DNA of 64,000 bases from an uncultured Chloroflexia bacterium (lineage in GTDB: Bacteria > Chloroflexota > Limnocylindria > Limnocylindrales > CSP1-4). The stretch is taken from NCBI GenBank assembly GCA_963749705.1, contig CAVVNQ010000016.1, positions 32,238 through 96,237 on the forward strand. The letters run 5' to 3'. The translations under genes were made by a program, and so were the position numbers. The notes beneath the pieces are model-generated. The model worked only from the letters and a program-made list of their open reading frames with translations, made no database searches and was not told the DNA's origin. The first letter of the stretch is position 1. Every line of letters starts with the position of its first letter. This document shows positions 1-9,071 of the stretch, one piece after another.

Positions 1-232
1 CGCCCGGTCGATGAGGTCCTGCAGGTGATGGCGGCGACGGCCGCCGATGACCGGGCCCAGCACACCGAGGAATACTCGCGTCGCTGGAGCACCGGGAGCT
101 CCTCGCAGACGTGATGCCTCGCTGCGCAAGCCGGGTCGGGCGCCGGCCGGCTCGATCACGCTCCAACGGGTCGTCGGCCCCCGGCCGGCGGCCCTCCCGT
201 CGGGGGCGCAGGCCTCGGAAGGACCAGCCGTG

Positions 233-499
233 ATGTCGGACGCGACGGCGATCGTGGGCCTGGTCGGGGTCGGCAGCCTGGTCGTAGGGGCGCTCGTTGC
301 ACGCCTCCCGGTGGGGACCTGCCCGGAGTGCCCCCACTGCCGGGCCCAGGCGGCCAGGGCCGCCGACGAGGAGCGGCGGGCGCGCTCTGAGTACGTGCGT
401 CGCCGGGCGGTCCACCCTCCCCGCTTCCCGGGACCGGCGGAGGACGATGACGACGCGACGTCCGACGACGGCACCTGGGGCCGGGGCCACCGGTCCTAG
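233..499 (+). CDS. small membrane protein with CxxCxxC motif
   Basis: GGAAGGA RBS before GTG/ATG at 230/233; hydrophobic helix IVGLVGVGSLVVGALVA, then CPECPHC and an acidic tail. Confidence 0.55.
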   Translation: MSDATAIVGLVGVGSLVVGALVARLPVGTCPECPHCRAQAARAADEERRARSEYVRRRAVHPPRFPGPAEDDDDATSDDGTWGRGHRS

Positions 500-1005
500 G
501 GCGAAGGACCCGGTCCAGTCGATTCCAGGCGGCTCCAGCCGCGTCGACCAGCTGGCCGCCCCGCGTCCCTGCAACGTAGCCGTTACGTGCCCGGAAGCTC
601 GCGAAACCCGCACGCATGTCGCGAGCAGGCGACAGTTCAACGCGTCGCGGCCGCCCCGGGCGCGACACGTCATCGTCGGTCCCGCGTTCACGGGGTCGAC
701 GTCCCGGCTCCGTCGAGGCTGGTCACGCCACCGGTCATCGCACGAGAGCCCAGGCCGCTCCCTCCTCGGGAGCCGCCAGCGGGACCTGGCGGACGCCCCG
801 CCGCGTCGGATCCGTCATTGGCTCGAGGGCGGCCCAAGCAGCATTCGGGTCATGGTGGCCCGCCCGGTCGGCGACCTTCACTGGACCCTGGTCGGTCCGT
901 CGTGGTCCGGCGCCGACCGGGCCGCCGTGGCCCCGCATCCTTCTTTCGGTCTCGTAAAGGGATCCGCCGGATTTCGTGAAGGCCGCGGTGCCGCCGATCC
1001 GTCGG

Positions 1006-1689
1006 TCAGCCCTCGGCCGGTCGCCCGACGGCCGCCGGCGAGTTGGACCGGCGGCGCGGCCGCCGAGCGCGGCCGGCAACCGGACGTCGCGCCGCGCCGG
1101 CCGGCTCGCTGGAGGCGGCGGTCCTGGGGAGCACCTCCAGGACCCTGTGGATCGGTGACCGGTCCGTCACCTCGAGGGTCGGGATCGGCCATAGGACTGG
1201 CCCTGAGTCCGGCGAGGCGGGCAGCTCCGCGACACACCAGGGGCAGATCGTCCAGCCCGGCTCCACGAGGGACGAGCACTGCGGGCAGGGGACGCGGAGC
1301 GTGGTCCCACACGTCGGGCATCGAACCCATCCATCGTCGACCCGGGCGTCGCAGACGGCGCACCGGTCCTGGTCGGCGGCAGCTTCCAGCGTGGCCAGGG
1401 ACAGGCGACGGTCACTCGAATCCGCCAGGGTCTCCTGGGGCCGGATGAGGCGGTACACGACGATCCCGAGGGGGAACGCGAGCGGCGTCGCGGCAAGGAC
1501 CAGCACCGCCACCCCTGCCGGAGCCAGCTGGTTGTCGACCCGGAGTCTCGCATCGCGGTATGCCCATGCGGCGGCCGCGATCCACAGGATCACCAGGCAC
1601 GCCCACGCAACGGCCAGGATCGCCTGCACCTGAGGCGTGGCGATCACCGTCCCGAAAGCCCCGATCGCGTCGTCAAACAGCTTGCTCAT
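1006..1689 (-). CDS. membrane protein with double zinc ribbon
   Basis: Two TM segments, then CAVC..CPTC..CPQC..CPWC. Confidence 0.85.
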   Translation of the reverse strand: MSKLFDDAIGAFGTVIATPQVQAILAVAWACLVILWIAAAAWAYRDARLRVDNQLAPAGVAVLVLAATPLAFPLGIVVYRLIRPQETLADSSDRRLSLATLEAAADQDRCAVCDARVDDGWVRCPTCGTTLRVPCPQCSSLVEPGWTICPWCVAELPASPDSGPVLWPIPTLEVTDRSPIHRVLEVLPRTAASSEPAGAARRPVAGRARRPRRRSNSPAAVGRPAEG

Positions 1690-2003
1690 CGTGTCCCGTC
1701 CCGCGTTGTGTCATGTGGGTCGAGATCAGGCTAGGAGCCGCGCGGGTGCGGCCGGGACCTCGGTCATCGCCGGCGCGTGACATCGTCCTTGCAACCAAGC
1801 TCGGACCCGGGCGAGTCCGGCACGTCGTGACCAACCACCGGCGGCCACCGGCGGCCACCGGGCTGTCGCGATGCCGCTCGGGCGATGCCACGATGCAAGG
1901 GCCCTGAAACGAGGATGCCCGCGCCCGGGTGACCGCCGACAGACCCGCGGACCTACGGTGGCAGCGTGCCTGCAGGGCGCAGGCATGAAATGGAGGCCCA
2001 ACG

Positions 2004-2213
2004 ATGCAGGATCTCAAGAAGGACTACCGCGGGGTGAAGAACGACGCCAAGGAGGCCTGGCGCAAGGCAGACGGCGAGGAGGACCTCGGAGACAAGGCTG
2101 CCAACGTCGGGGATGATGTTCGCGACGCGGTCGGCAACGCCGGCGACGATCTCCGGAAGGCGGGCGACGATCTCCGGCGGGACATGGACGACCGCACGGA
2201 CGATCCCCGATGA
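2004..2213 (+). CDS. small hydrophilic CsbD/LEA-like stress protein
   Basis: GGAGG RBS; 69 aa charged protein with (V/A)GDD(V/L)R repeats. Confidence 0.75.
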   Translation: MQDLKKDYRGVKNDAKEAWRKADGEEDLGDKAANVGDDVRDAVGNAGDDLRKAGDDLRRDMDDRTDDPR

Positions 2214-2732
2214 ACCTCCGGTAAGCCACGCGATACACGAGGACCCCCGGCTTCGGCCGGGGGTCCTCGTTCGTGTTCGGCGGCCGTCAGGCCAGGCTGG
2301 GCAGCAGGAGCACATCGCCAGCTGATGACACGCCGCAGGTCGGAGACGCGCCGGACGGCCGGCGGGGAGCCGGCCGTCCGAGCGAGGGGGGAGGAGTGCC
2401 TCGGCGAGGGCGCGCCGGGCACCACAGACGATGGCGCGGCGGCCGTTGCGGTGGCGACGGCGGGCGAAGCCGGGCGCGTGACAACGGCATTCCCCGCCGC
2501 TTCCACCCACCGCGGTGCCACCGGTGGACCACGACCGATCGGCGGAGATAGCCCTGGCACGGCGCGGGCGGTGCCGATCGCGCAGGATTCCGGAGCGGTC
2601 GAGGATGCCGATGCCGATGCCGCGGAGCAGCTCGGCCGCGTGCTCCCGCGCCGGCCGAACGTCGGCGCCGACTGAGGGCCCGCCGATGGCCCGCGGCCGA
2701 GCTGGCCCGGGGTCCAGCGGATCGCCGGTGGG

Positions 2733-2945
2733 TCAGGGCATCGCCGGTGTGGCGTTGATCGGCTTCACGACCCCCGGCTCGTCCGGCACGTCATCGTCGA
2801 CGAGCTCGGCATGCTGCTGGCCACACACCGGGCAGACCCAGGACCCCGCAAGGGCTCCCTCATCGGCGGCCGCGTCATGCGACTCCCATCGCTGCGTTCG
2901 ATCGATGGAGCCGCAGTTGGTACAGCGTCGAACGACCATCGTCAT
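2733..2945 (-). CDS. small zinc-ribbon/rubredoxin-like protein
   Basis: GGAGGT RBS before ATG 2945; CTNC...WVCPVC. Confidence 0.7.
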   Translation of the reverse strand: MTMVVRRCTNCGSIDRTQRWESHDAAADEGALAGSWVCPVCGQQHAELVDDDVPDEPGVVKPINATPAMP

Positions 2946-3125
2946 GTCACAGACCTCCATTCACGGGTGACATCCGCGCCGGCGACCGGGCACGGCCTCG
3001 CAGGTGAACGGGGCGGGAACTCGGGGCTCCGGTGCCGAGAAACCGGCCGGCACAAAGGCCGGCCGGCGCGGGGGTGGCCGGAGCTCGCTCGCCCGACTCG
3101 ACGGCTCCGGGTGCCTCGCTGGGCC

Positions 3126-3272
3126 CTATACGGTTCGTCGTCCGGACAGCAGCTGGGCCACGAGGACGATCGCGGCGATGAGGAGAAGGATGTGGATGAA
3201 TGAGCCGCCGACGGAGCCGATGAAGCCCAGCAGCCACAGGACGAGCAGGATGACGAAGATGGTCCACAACAT
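3126..3272 (-). CDS. lmo0937 family (DUF5670) small membrane protein
   Basis: Read manually (below ORF-track cutoff): MLWTIFVILLVLWLLGFIGSVGGSFIHILLLIAAIVLVAQLLSGRRTV; GGAGG RBS. Confidence 0.9.
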   Translation of the reverse strand: MLWTIFVILLVLWLLGFIGSVGGSFIHILLLIAAIVLVAQLLSGRRTV

Positions 3273-3467
3273 GGTTCGGATCCTCCGTGATGGGCCCGGA
3301 AGATCCAGCTGGAGCTGGGCCAGGCCACGTGCGTCGACCGTATCGGCGGTTGTCTCGCAACCGCGCGCGTGGGCCGTCGTCGGGGCCTTGCGCGCCGCTT
3401 GCAGGCCGCCGAGCTGAGATCGGCGCCCGGCGAGCGCGGTCAGGGACGTCCCCGCGGTCCCGCGGGT

Positions 3468-4016
3468 TCAGCTCGTGCGGCGCCGGCGGTCCTCGCCCGT
3501 CGTCCGACGGCCGCTGCCACGCCGCGGCACGTCCGTGGGTGTCGCGGTCGTGGGCGACACGGAAGCCCGGGTGGCAGACGACGTCGCCGGCTGCGCCGCG
3601 TCCGGCCCGTTCGCCATGGAGTTGGCGACCACCTCCTGCAGCTCCTGCTCGTGGGCCTCGACCTCCGCCTCGGTCGACCGCTCGGCGACGATGAACTCGT
3701 TGCGTGCGTCAGCGGTGGCCCGGATGATCTCGTCGAGCTTGAGGTGGAGCGCCCGGGCATCTCGGCCCTGGCTGTTCTGGATCACGAACACCATCCAGAA
3801 GGTGATCACCGTGGTGGACGTGTTGATCACCAGCTGCCAGCTGTCGGAATAGTTGGCCAGCGGACCGGCGATGGCCCACACGATCACGACCACGACGGAC
3901 AGGACCATCGCCTGGATGGAGCCCAGGGCCCTGGTCACCCTGTCCGCCAGCCGGTTGAATCGATCCCGGCTCGTCTCCCGGGCGGGCGACTGTCCCCGAT
4001 CCGCAAGCGCGCTCAC
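3468..4016 (-). CDS. low-affinity iron permease (Fet4-like) family protein
   Basis: WQLVINTSTTVITFWMVFVIQNSQGRDARALHLKLDEII signature; GTG start overlaps upstream stop (GTGA). Confidence 0.88.
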   Translation of the reverse strand: MSALADRGQSPARETSRDRFNRLADRVTRALGSIQAMVLSVVVVIVWAIAGPLANYSDSWQLVINTSTTVITFWMVFVIQNSQGRDARALHLKLDEIIRATADARNEFIVAERSTEAEVEAHEQELQEVVANSMANGPDAAQPATSSATRASVSPTTATPTDVPRRGSGRRTTGEDRRRRTS

Positions 4017-4144
4017 GGGCTGGTCGTGTCGGATGCGGCGGCGACCGCAAGGATCGGGCTGGCGGTTACCACCGGCGCGCACGCCCCCAGCGTCGCGACG
4101 ACGATGACGGCGATGGCGATCAGGCGGATGACGCGTGAGCGCAT
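4013..4144 (-). CDS. very small putative lipoprotein (43 aa)
   Basis: GGAGG RBS; signal peptide ending in lipobox LGAC; stop overlaps permease start. Confidence 0.55.
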   Translation of the reverse strand: MRSRVIRLIAIAVIVVATLGACAPVVTASPILAVAAASDTTSP

Positions 4145-4248
4145 CGAGATCCTCCAATACAACTGGGAGCGCATCGTCATCGGATGCGCGTCGCGGTCTC
4201 GCCATACCCGCGGCGGCAGGCGCTCGCAGCGGCGTTGCAGGTCCGTTT

Positions 4249-4283
4249 CCGCACGAAGGGCGCCCGCACGAAGGGCGCCCGCA
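4249..4283. repeat. 15-bp tandem repeat (CCGCACGAAGGGCGC x2.3)
   Basis: Visible directly in intergenic sequence. Confidence 0.8.
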
Positions 4284-4362
4284 GGATCTGCGAGCGCCCA
4301 TCGTCGTTGCAGGCATCGGTGACGCACCGTCCCGATCCCGACGGGCGGTCAGCCCAGGGCGG

Positions 4363-4542
4363 TCAGCTCGAGTGACCGCGCCCGCGGGACGCCTTCGTCT
4401 CGTCGTTCTCGGCGCGTTCCTTGTTGACCGTCCGGGCAGCGATCTCCTCGGCCCGGTCCTCGGAGCGGCCCGCATCGAGCTCGCTCTCCTTGACATGCTC
4501 GTACTGTCGTTCGCGCTTCGGCGACCAGGCGTCCTGTGGCAT
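4363..4542 (-). CDS. small conserved stress-type protein (WSPKRERQYEHVK family, often labelled plasmid stabilization protein)
   Basis: Read manually: MPQDAWSPKRERQYEHVKESELDAGRSEDRAEEIAARTVNKER..., 59 aa; GGAGG RBS. Confidence 0.85.
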   Translation of the reverse strand: MPQDAWSPKRERQYEHVKESELDAGRSEDRAEEIAARTVNKERAENDETKASRGRGHSS

Positions 4543-4787
4543 CTCGCCTCCGTCCTTCGGGTCTCGTAACGTAGGTCTGCCGTCGCCAACGGGCCATCAG
4601 CGGGCCGCGGGTGCCTGTTGCAGCAACGTTGCACGGCCACGCCTGGACCACGCCGGCGAACCATGCGACGCGAACGACGCCGCGACCGGGCTCGCGGCCG
4701 TACCGGCAACGGTCTGCCTGTTCGGGCAGACAGCATGCACGGCGGGTTCTGGCTGCGGTCCGTGGTCGCGCGAAAATGGTCGGCAGC

Positions 4788-5822
4788 ATGAGCCAGCACG
4801 CCCGACGCACCCAGGATCGGACCGTCCTGCCAGGGCCGCGCCCCGCGGTCGCCCAGACTCGGGCGAACGGGACAACGACCGCCGCTCGCGCCGCCGGCAA
4901 CGGATCGGCCGGCAGCCTGCAGGCGCACGACGGGCCGAACGAGCTGATGGCGCTCCAGCATGCCGCGGGCAACCACGCCGTCGCGCGGCTCGTCGGGACC
5001 GGCGTCGTGCAACGCCATCCCGGTCCGACGATGAACCAGGAGGTCGAGGACCAGGGGCAGGAAGCCGGCGCTGCGGGCGCGGGGCCGGTCCCGACCGAGG
5101 CGGGCGAGGGTTCCGAGGAGGCCACGGTCGAATCGGCAGGGCCGGCCGATTCGGATGCGACGAGCCAGCCGGGGACGGGCACCACCGGCAGCACCGGCGC
5201 GGGTCCAACGGGAGCAGCCAGGAAGAAGGCGGTCGAGGACGCGTGCCGCGCGAGCGACACCGGCCGGTGGGCCATGTCCATCATCGAGAAGTGGAAGATC
5301 CCCGTCGACTACGAGTACGGCGGCCAGGGATCCTTCCACCAGGGCGGCAGCATCTACATCAACAAGACGCTGGGCATCGGCGGCGCGGCGATCACGCTGA
5401 TGCACGAGGCGCAGCACGCGGACACGTACAAGTCCGGCAAGCAGGCCGACCGCACGACGCTGGATCGGGCCACGTACATCAAGCTGTCGATCGCCGACGA
5501 GGCGGAAGCCGTCGTCCGGCAGATCGAGGGGCTGGCGATCACGTCCGGCCTGGGGATCGACATGACCGGCGCGGCCATCGGCGACGACCTCAAGCAGCGC
5601 TACCTGAAGGCCTTCTACGCCAAGCGGGACGCGCTCAAGAAGGCAAACCCGGACATGAGCACCAGCGAGATCAACCGGATCTGCCGGACCACCGCGCGCG
5701 ACGAGGAAGTGACCAAGTGGTTCTATGACGGGACATTCGTGACGTCCACCAACCACAACAGCTACGCGGTGTTCTACGGCGACCAGTGGGACGAAGTGCA
5801 CAAGAAGCCGGGCAAGGAATGA
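4788..5822 (+). CDS. putative polymorphic-toxin-like zinc metallopeptidase with DUF4157/eCIS-type leader
   Basis: LQHAAGNHAVARL..VVQR leader, low-complexity linker, HEAQH (HExxH) plus downstream DEAEA; start uncertain (4776/4788). Confidence 0.65.
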   Translation: MSQHARRTQDRTVLPGPRPAVAQTRANGTTTAARAAGNGSAGSLQAHDGPNELMALQHAAGNHAVARLVGTGVVQRHPGPTMNQEVEDQGQEAGAAGAGPVPTEAGEGSEEATVESAGPADSDATSQPGTGTTGSTGAGPTGAARKKAVEDACRASDTGRWAMSIIEKWKIPVDYEYGGQGSFHQGGSIYINKTLGIGGAAITLMHEAQHADTYKSGKQADRTTLDRATYIKLSIADEAEAVVRQIEGLAITSGLGIDMTGAAIGDDLKQRYLKAFYAKRDALKKANPDMSTSEINRICRTTARDEEVTKWFYDGTFVTSTNHNSYAVFYGDQWDEVHKKPGKE

Positions 5823-6415
5823 CGACGGGCGACGTGGATCGAACCGCGGTGGCGATGGCCATCGGGCAGCCCCTCGGGGACCGGGTCATCGACGGCCAGG
5901 CGCAGCTCGCGCCGATCGCCGTCCCGGGGATCCGGGGAACGGTCGTGTGGCAGGCTCGGGACGAGACCGGATCACACCCGTGGCAGGTGTACGTCGGGGT
6001 CTGGCCGGACGGCTCGGTCCGGGTGCTGAGCGCGGACCAGGAAGCATGGGCCGAACTGGTGAAGGCCACCGGGGCCCATCTCGACGACGAGCCCGAGGCG
6101 CGTGCCTATGTCACGACCTACCTGGAGGTCACCCGCGGCACGCAGGTGATCGTGCAGCCCGTCAGCTCGCTCGACGAGCTCCGCTGGCGACCCGGCTCGG
6201 AAGCGGAAGAGGCGGCCCGGGCCGCGCTGCTTGCCGACCCGCCGGATCTCGCGTCATCGGTCACGGCAACGGCGGACGGCTTCCACGTGGAGCTCGCGCT
6301 CGTGGTCGATCAGCGCCTCCAGCGCAACCTGTTCGACGTCACGCCGTCCGGGGAGATCACGCGCACCTCGTTCCGTGTGCTGGCGGAGCACCTCCCGCTC
6401 CCGATCGCACGCTGA
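5819..6415 (+). CDS. hypothetical protein, candidate immunity/partner
   Basis: ATGA overlap with upstream HExxH gene; soluble acidic protein. Confidence 0.7.
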   Translation: MTTGDVDRTAVAMAIGQPLGDRVIDGQAQLAPIAVPGIRGTVVWQARDETGSHPWQVYVGVWPDGSVRVLSADQEAWAELVKATGAHLDDEPEARAYVTTYLEVTRGTQVIVQPVSSLDELRWRPGSEAEEAARAALLADPPDLASSVTATADGFHVELALVVDQRLQRNLFDVTPSGEITRTSFRVLAEHLPLPIAR

Positions 6416-6722
6416 CGCATCGATCGCGCGGACCGACATGTGTCCGCGTGGCGGGTCCACCTCCCCCAACGTGGAGCTGGCGCTGCCTCGGACATGGGCG
6501 CCGGCCGAGCTGACCAACCTGCAGGCCTGACGGCCAGACGGGCGGGACCTCGCCTGCCGGCAGTCCGCACGAAGATTCCGCCAACCTCAGGCCGTTTCCC
6601 AGCATCTAACGATCGGATCACGTCCCGGGTCCGGCCACGTGTCGCGTCGACGACCCTGACCCAGCGGGCGGCCGGTTCCGGGGACGAGGAGACGTCCGGA
6701 CGACAAGGGAAGGGGTCAGGGC

Positions 6723-8336
6723 ATGAACGGTCGGTTCGGCCGCGCACGCGCAGCCAGCGTGTCGGCGATGTTGATCTGGGGAGTGATCGCCGCAGCGCCG
6801 GCGGGGGTGGCGGCGACATCCCTGTGTGTCGGTGGTGCGGGCTGCTACGCGTCCGTGCAGGAGGCCGTCGATGCCGCGCATGACGGCGACACCATCCACA
6901 TCCATCCCGGGACCTACGCTGGCGGGATCACGGTCAACGTGAGCGTGACCCTCGCGGGTGCCGGGGCATCGGTCACCCGTATCCAGGGCGGCGGGCCCGT
7001 GATCACGATCGGCGTGTTCGATGCCAAGAAGGAGCCAACCGTCACGATCGACGGGCTGACGATCCGCGATGGCCTCACCCGAACGAGCCCGCAATCGATG
7101 CGTGCGTTCGGAATCGACGGCGTCGTTGCGCTCGGCGGCGGGGTCGAGATCCCGCGGAGCGGCGTCGGCTCGCTGCTGGGCGCAACGGTCACCATCCGAA
7201 ACAGCGTCATCACACACAACCGCGTTGCCACGACCGCCACCGTGCCGAGCGGCCTGCCGTGCGGGTGTCCGTTCGCAGGTGCGCGTGGCGGCGGGATCGA
7301 CTCGTGGGGCACCCTGACCCTCATCAACACGACGGTCAGCCACAACCTGGTGGGCGCCGCGACCGGCCTCGACGACGACGTCTCCTCCGATGCCGAAGGG
7401 GGAGGGATCCTGAGCTCGGTCGGGACGGTGACGATCCGGCATAGCGCGATCCACGACAACGCCGTGGCTGCCGCGGCACCAAACGGCCGGTTCGCCGACG
7501 GTGGCGGCATGTTCCTTGAAAGCGGGACGCTCGTCATGGACGACAGTGCGGTGTCCGGCAACAGCGCCACGCTCTCCGCGGCCTGGCCGGACGACGTCGA
7601 CATGCTCGCGATCGCCGGCGGGGTCCACCTGGCCGACAGCGTCAAGTCGGGGCGCATCACCGGGAGCACGATCTCGGACAACTCGGTCAGCATGACCAAC
7701 TCGGTCGGCTACGCCAACGCATTCTCCGGCGCCATCCACGTCGACTGGGGCGTCAACAACTTCGAGCTCGCCGACAGCGTCGTGTCCGGCAACTCGGTGA
7801 CCTCACACGCACTCGCGGGCGGCGACGCGTTCGGCGACTCGGCCGTCGGCGAGGTGCACGGCACGATCAGCGGCAGCCGGTTTGCAGGCAACTCGGTCGA
7901 CGTGCGATCGGCCGGTGGCAATGCGTTCGGGATCGCCGGCGCCTCGATCTTCACGGGCACCATCTCGAACAGCCTGTTCCGGGGCAACCAGCTGATGGCG
8001 TCCGCCCCGACCGGGCTCGCGTTCGCGGGCGGTGGCGCGCTGCTCGCGGACTACGGGGGGATGACCCTGCGCGAGACCACGATCAAGGACAACACCGCAG
8101 GGGCCTACGCCGCCGATGCCTACGCGCAGGGTGGGGGCATCTACGACGCCCCCATCCCGGACGGGCCTCCCGGTGGGCGGCTCACCTTGTGGGACAGCAC
8201 GATCACTGGCAACGCCGTGACCGGCTCGGCCGGGGCCACGCTGCAGGGTGGAGGGATCTACCTGGCAGACGAGACGTACAAGGCGACCAATACCGACGTC
8301 ACCGGGAACTCACCCGACCAGTGCTTCGGCTGCTGA
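6723..8336 (+). CDS. secreted parallel beta-helix (pectin-lyase-like) repeat protein
   Basis: Signal peptide; YASVQEAVDAAHDGDTIHIHPGTY start motif; many GGGI / SxISxN repeats. Confidence 0.85.
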   Translation: MNGRFGRARAASVSAMLIWGVIAAAPAGVAATSLCVGGAGCYASVQEAVDAAHDGDTIHIHPGTYAGGITVNVSVTLAGAGASVTRIQGGGPVITIGVFDAKKEPTVTIDGLTIRDGLTRTSPQSMRAFGIDGVVALGGGVEIPRSGVGSLLGATVTIRNSVITHNRVATTATVPSGLPCGCPFAGARGGGIDSWGTLTLINTTVSHNLVGAATGLDDDVSSDAEGGGILSSVGTVTIRHSAIHDNAVAAAAPNGRFADGGGMFLESGTLVMDDSAVSGNSATLSAAWPDDVDMLAIAGGVHLADSVKSGRITGSTISDNSVSMTNSVGYANAFSGAIHVDWGVNNFELADSVVSGNSVTSHALAGGDAFGDSAVGEVHGTISGSRFAGNSVDVRSAGGNAFGIAGASIFTGTISNSLFRGNQLMASAPTGLAFAGGGALLADYGGMTLRETTIKDNTAGAYAADAYAQGGGIYDAPIPDGPPGGRLTLWDSTITGNAVTGSAGATLQGGGIYLADETYKATNTDVTGNSPDQCFGC

Positions 8337-8421
8337 CCAGCTGAACGGTGTCACCAGGCCGGGGTTCGGGCATCGATCGTCGATCGATCGCCCCGATCCC
8401 GGCCGCGTTCATTCGTCCAGG

Positions 8422-8443
8422 TCGTGTCATGACACGATAGGCT
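8422..8443 (+). promoter_or_regulatory. perfect 16-bp palindrome TCGTGTCATGACACGA abutting a -10-like TAGGCT
   Basis: Seen in sequence upstream of the ECF sigma gene. Confidence 0.5.
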
Positions 8444-8471
8444 CCGCAGGGCCTGAGCAGGGACGTCGACG

Positions 8472-9071
8472 ATGTTCTCTGGAGGATCGGTGGCCACGAC
8501 CGTCGATGCGGTGTTCGACGATCGGGACGGAGCGCTCATCGAGCGCGCCGCCTCTGGTGACCGCGATGCGTTCGACCTGCTGATCCAGCCGCGCCTTGAC
8601 CGCCTGTTCCGGATGGCGGTGGCAATGACGGGCAGCGAATCCGACGCCCGTGATGCGACACAGGATGCCTGCGTGCTCGCCTGGCGTGAGCTGCCGCGCC
8701 TGCGCAGCCGGGAGAGGTTCGATGCGTGGCTCTCGCAGATCCTGGTCAACGCCGCGCGTGGCCACGTACGGCGCAGCTCGCGGGTCCGGGTGCGCGAGCT
8801 GCCCGTGGAGCCGGATCCCGGCGCCGGTGTCCGCCGGATCGAGCCCAGCGTCGCGGCTGATTCGGAGACGTTCGCCGAGAGCGACGCGATCCGACGTGCC
8901 TTCGCCCGGCTCGACGACACGACGCGCGCACTGCTCGTCCTCCATTACGTGGAAGGCGCACCCCTCGCGGAGATCGCGCGGGTGGCGGGGTCGCCGGTCG
9001 GCACGATCAAGTGGCGACTCTCCCGCGCGCGGGCTGCGCTCGAGAAGGCGCTGAGGGCCGAACGACGATGA
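8472..9071 (+). CDS. ECF RNA polymerase sigma factor
   Basis: Region 2 (DATQDACVLAWRELPRLR..FDAWL) and region 4 (EIARVAGSPVGTIKWRLSRAR); alternative start GTG 8490. Confidence 0.92.
   Translation: MFSGGSVATTVDAVFDDRDGALIERAASGDRDAFDLLIQPRLDRLFRMAVAMTGSESDARDATQDACVLAWRELPRLRSRERFDAWLSQILVNAARGHVRRSSRVRVRELPVEPDPGAGVRRIEPSVAADSETFAESDAIRRAFARLDDTTRALLVLHYVEGAPLAEIARVAGSPVGTIKWRLSRARAALEKALRAERR

Noticed and set aside
1959-1974. Sigma54-like TGGCAG-N5-CTGCA
   Set aside because: Single imperfect match overlapping a better-supported -10 box of the shared motif
2325-2675. 116-aa + strand ORF
   Set aside because: Codon usage is plausible but it is low-complexity with no motif; it cannot be supported or excluded
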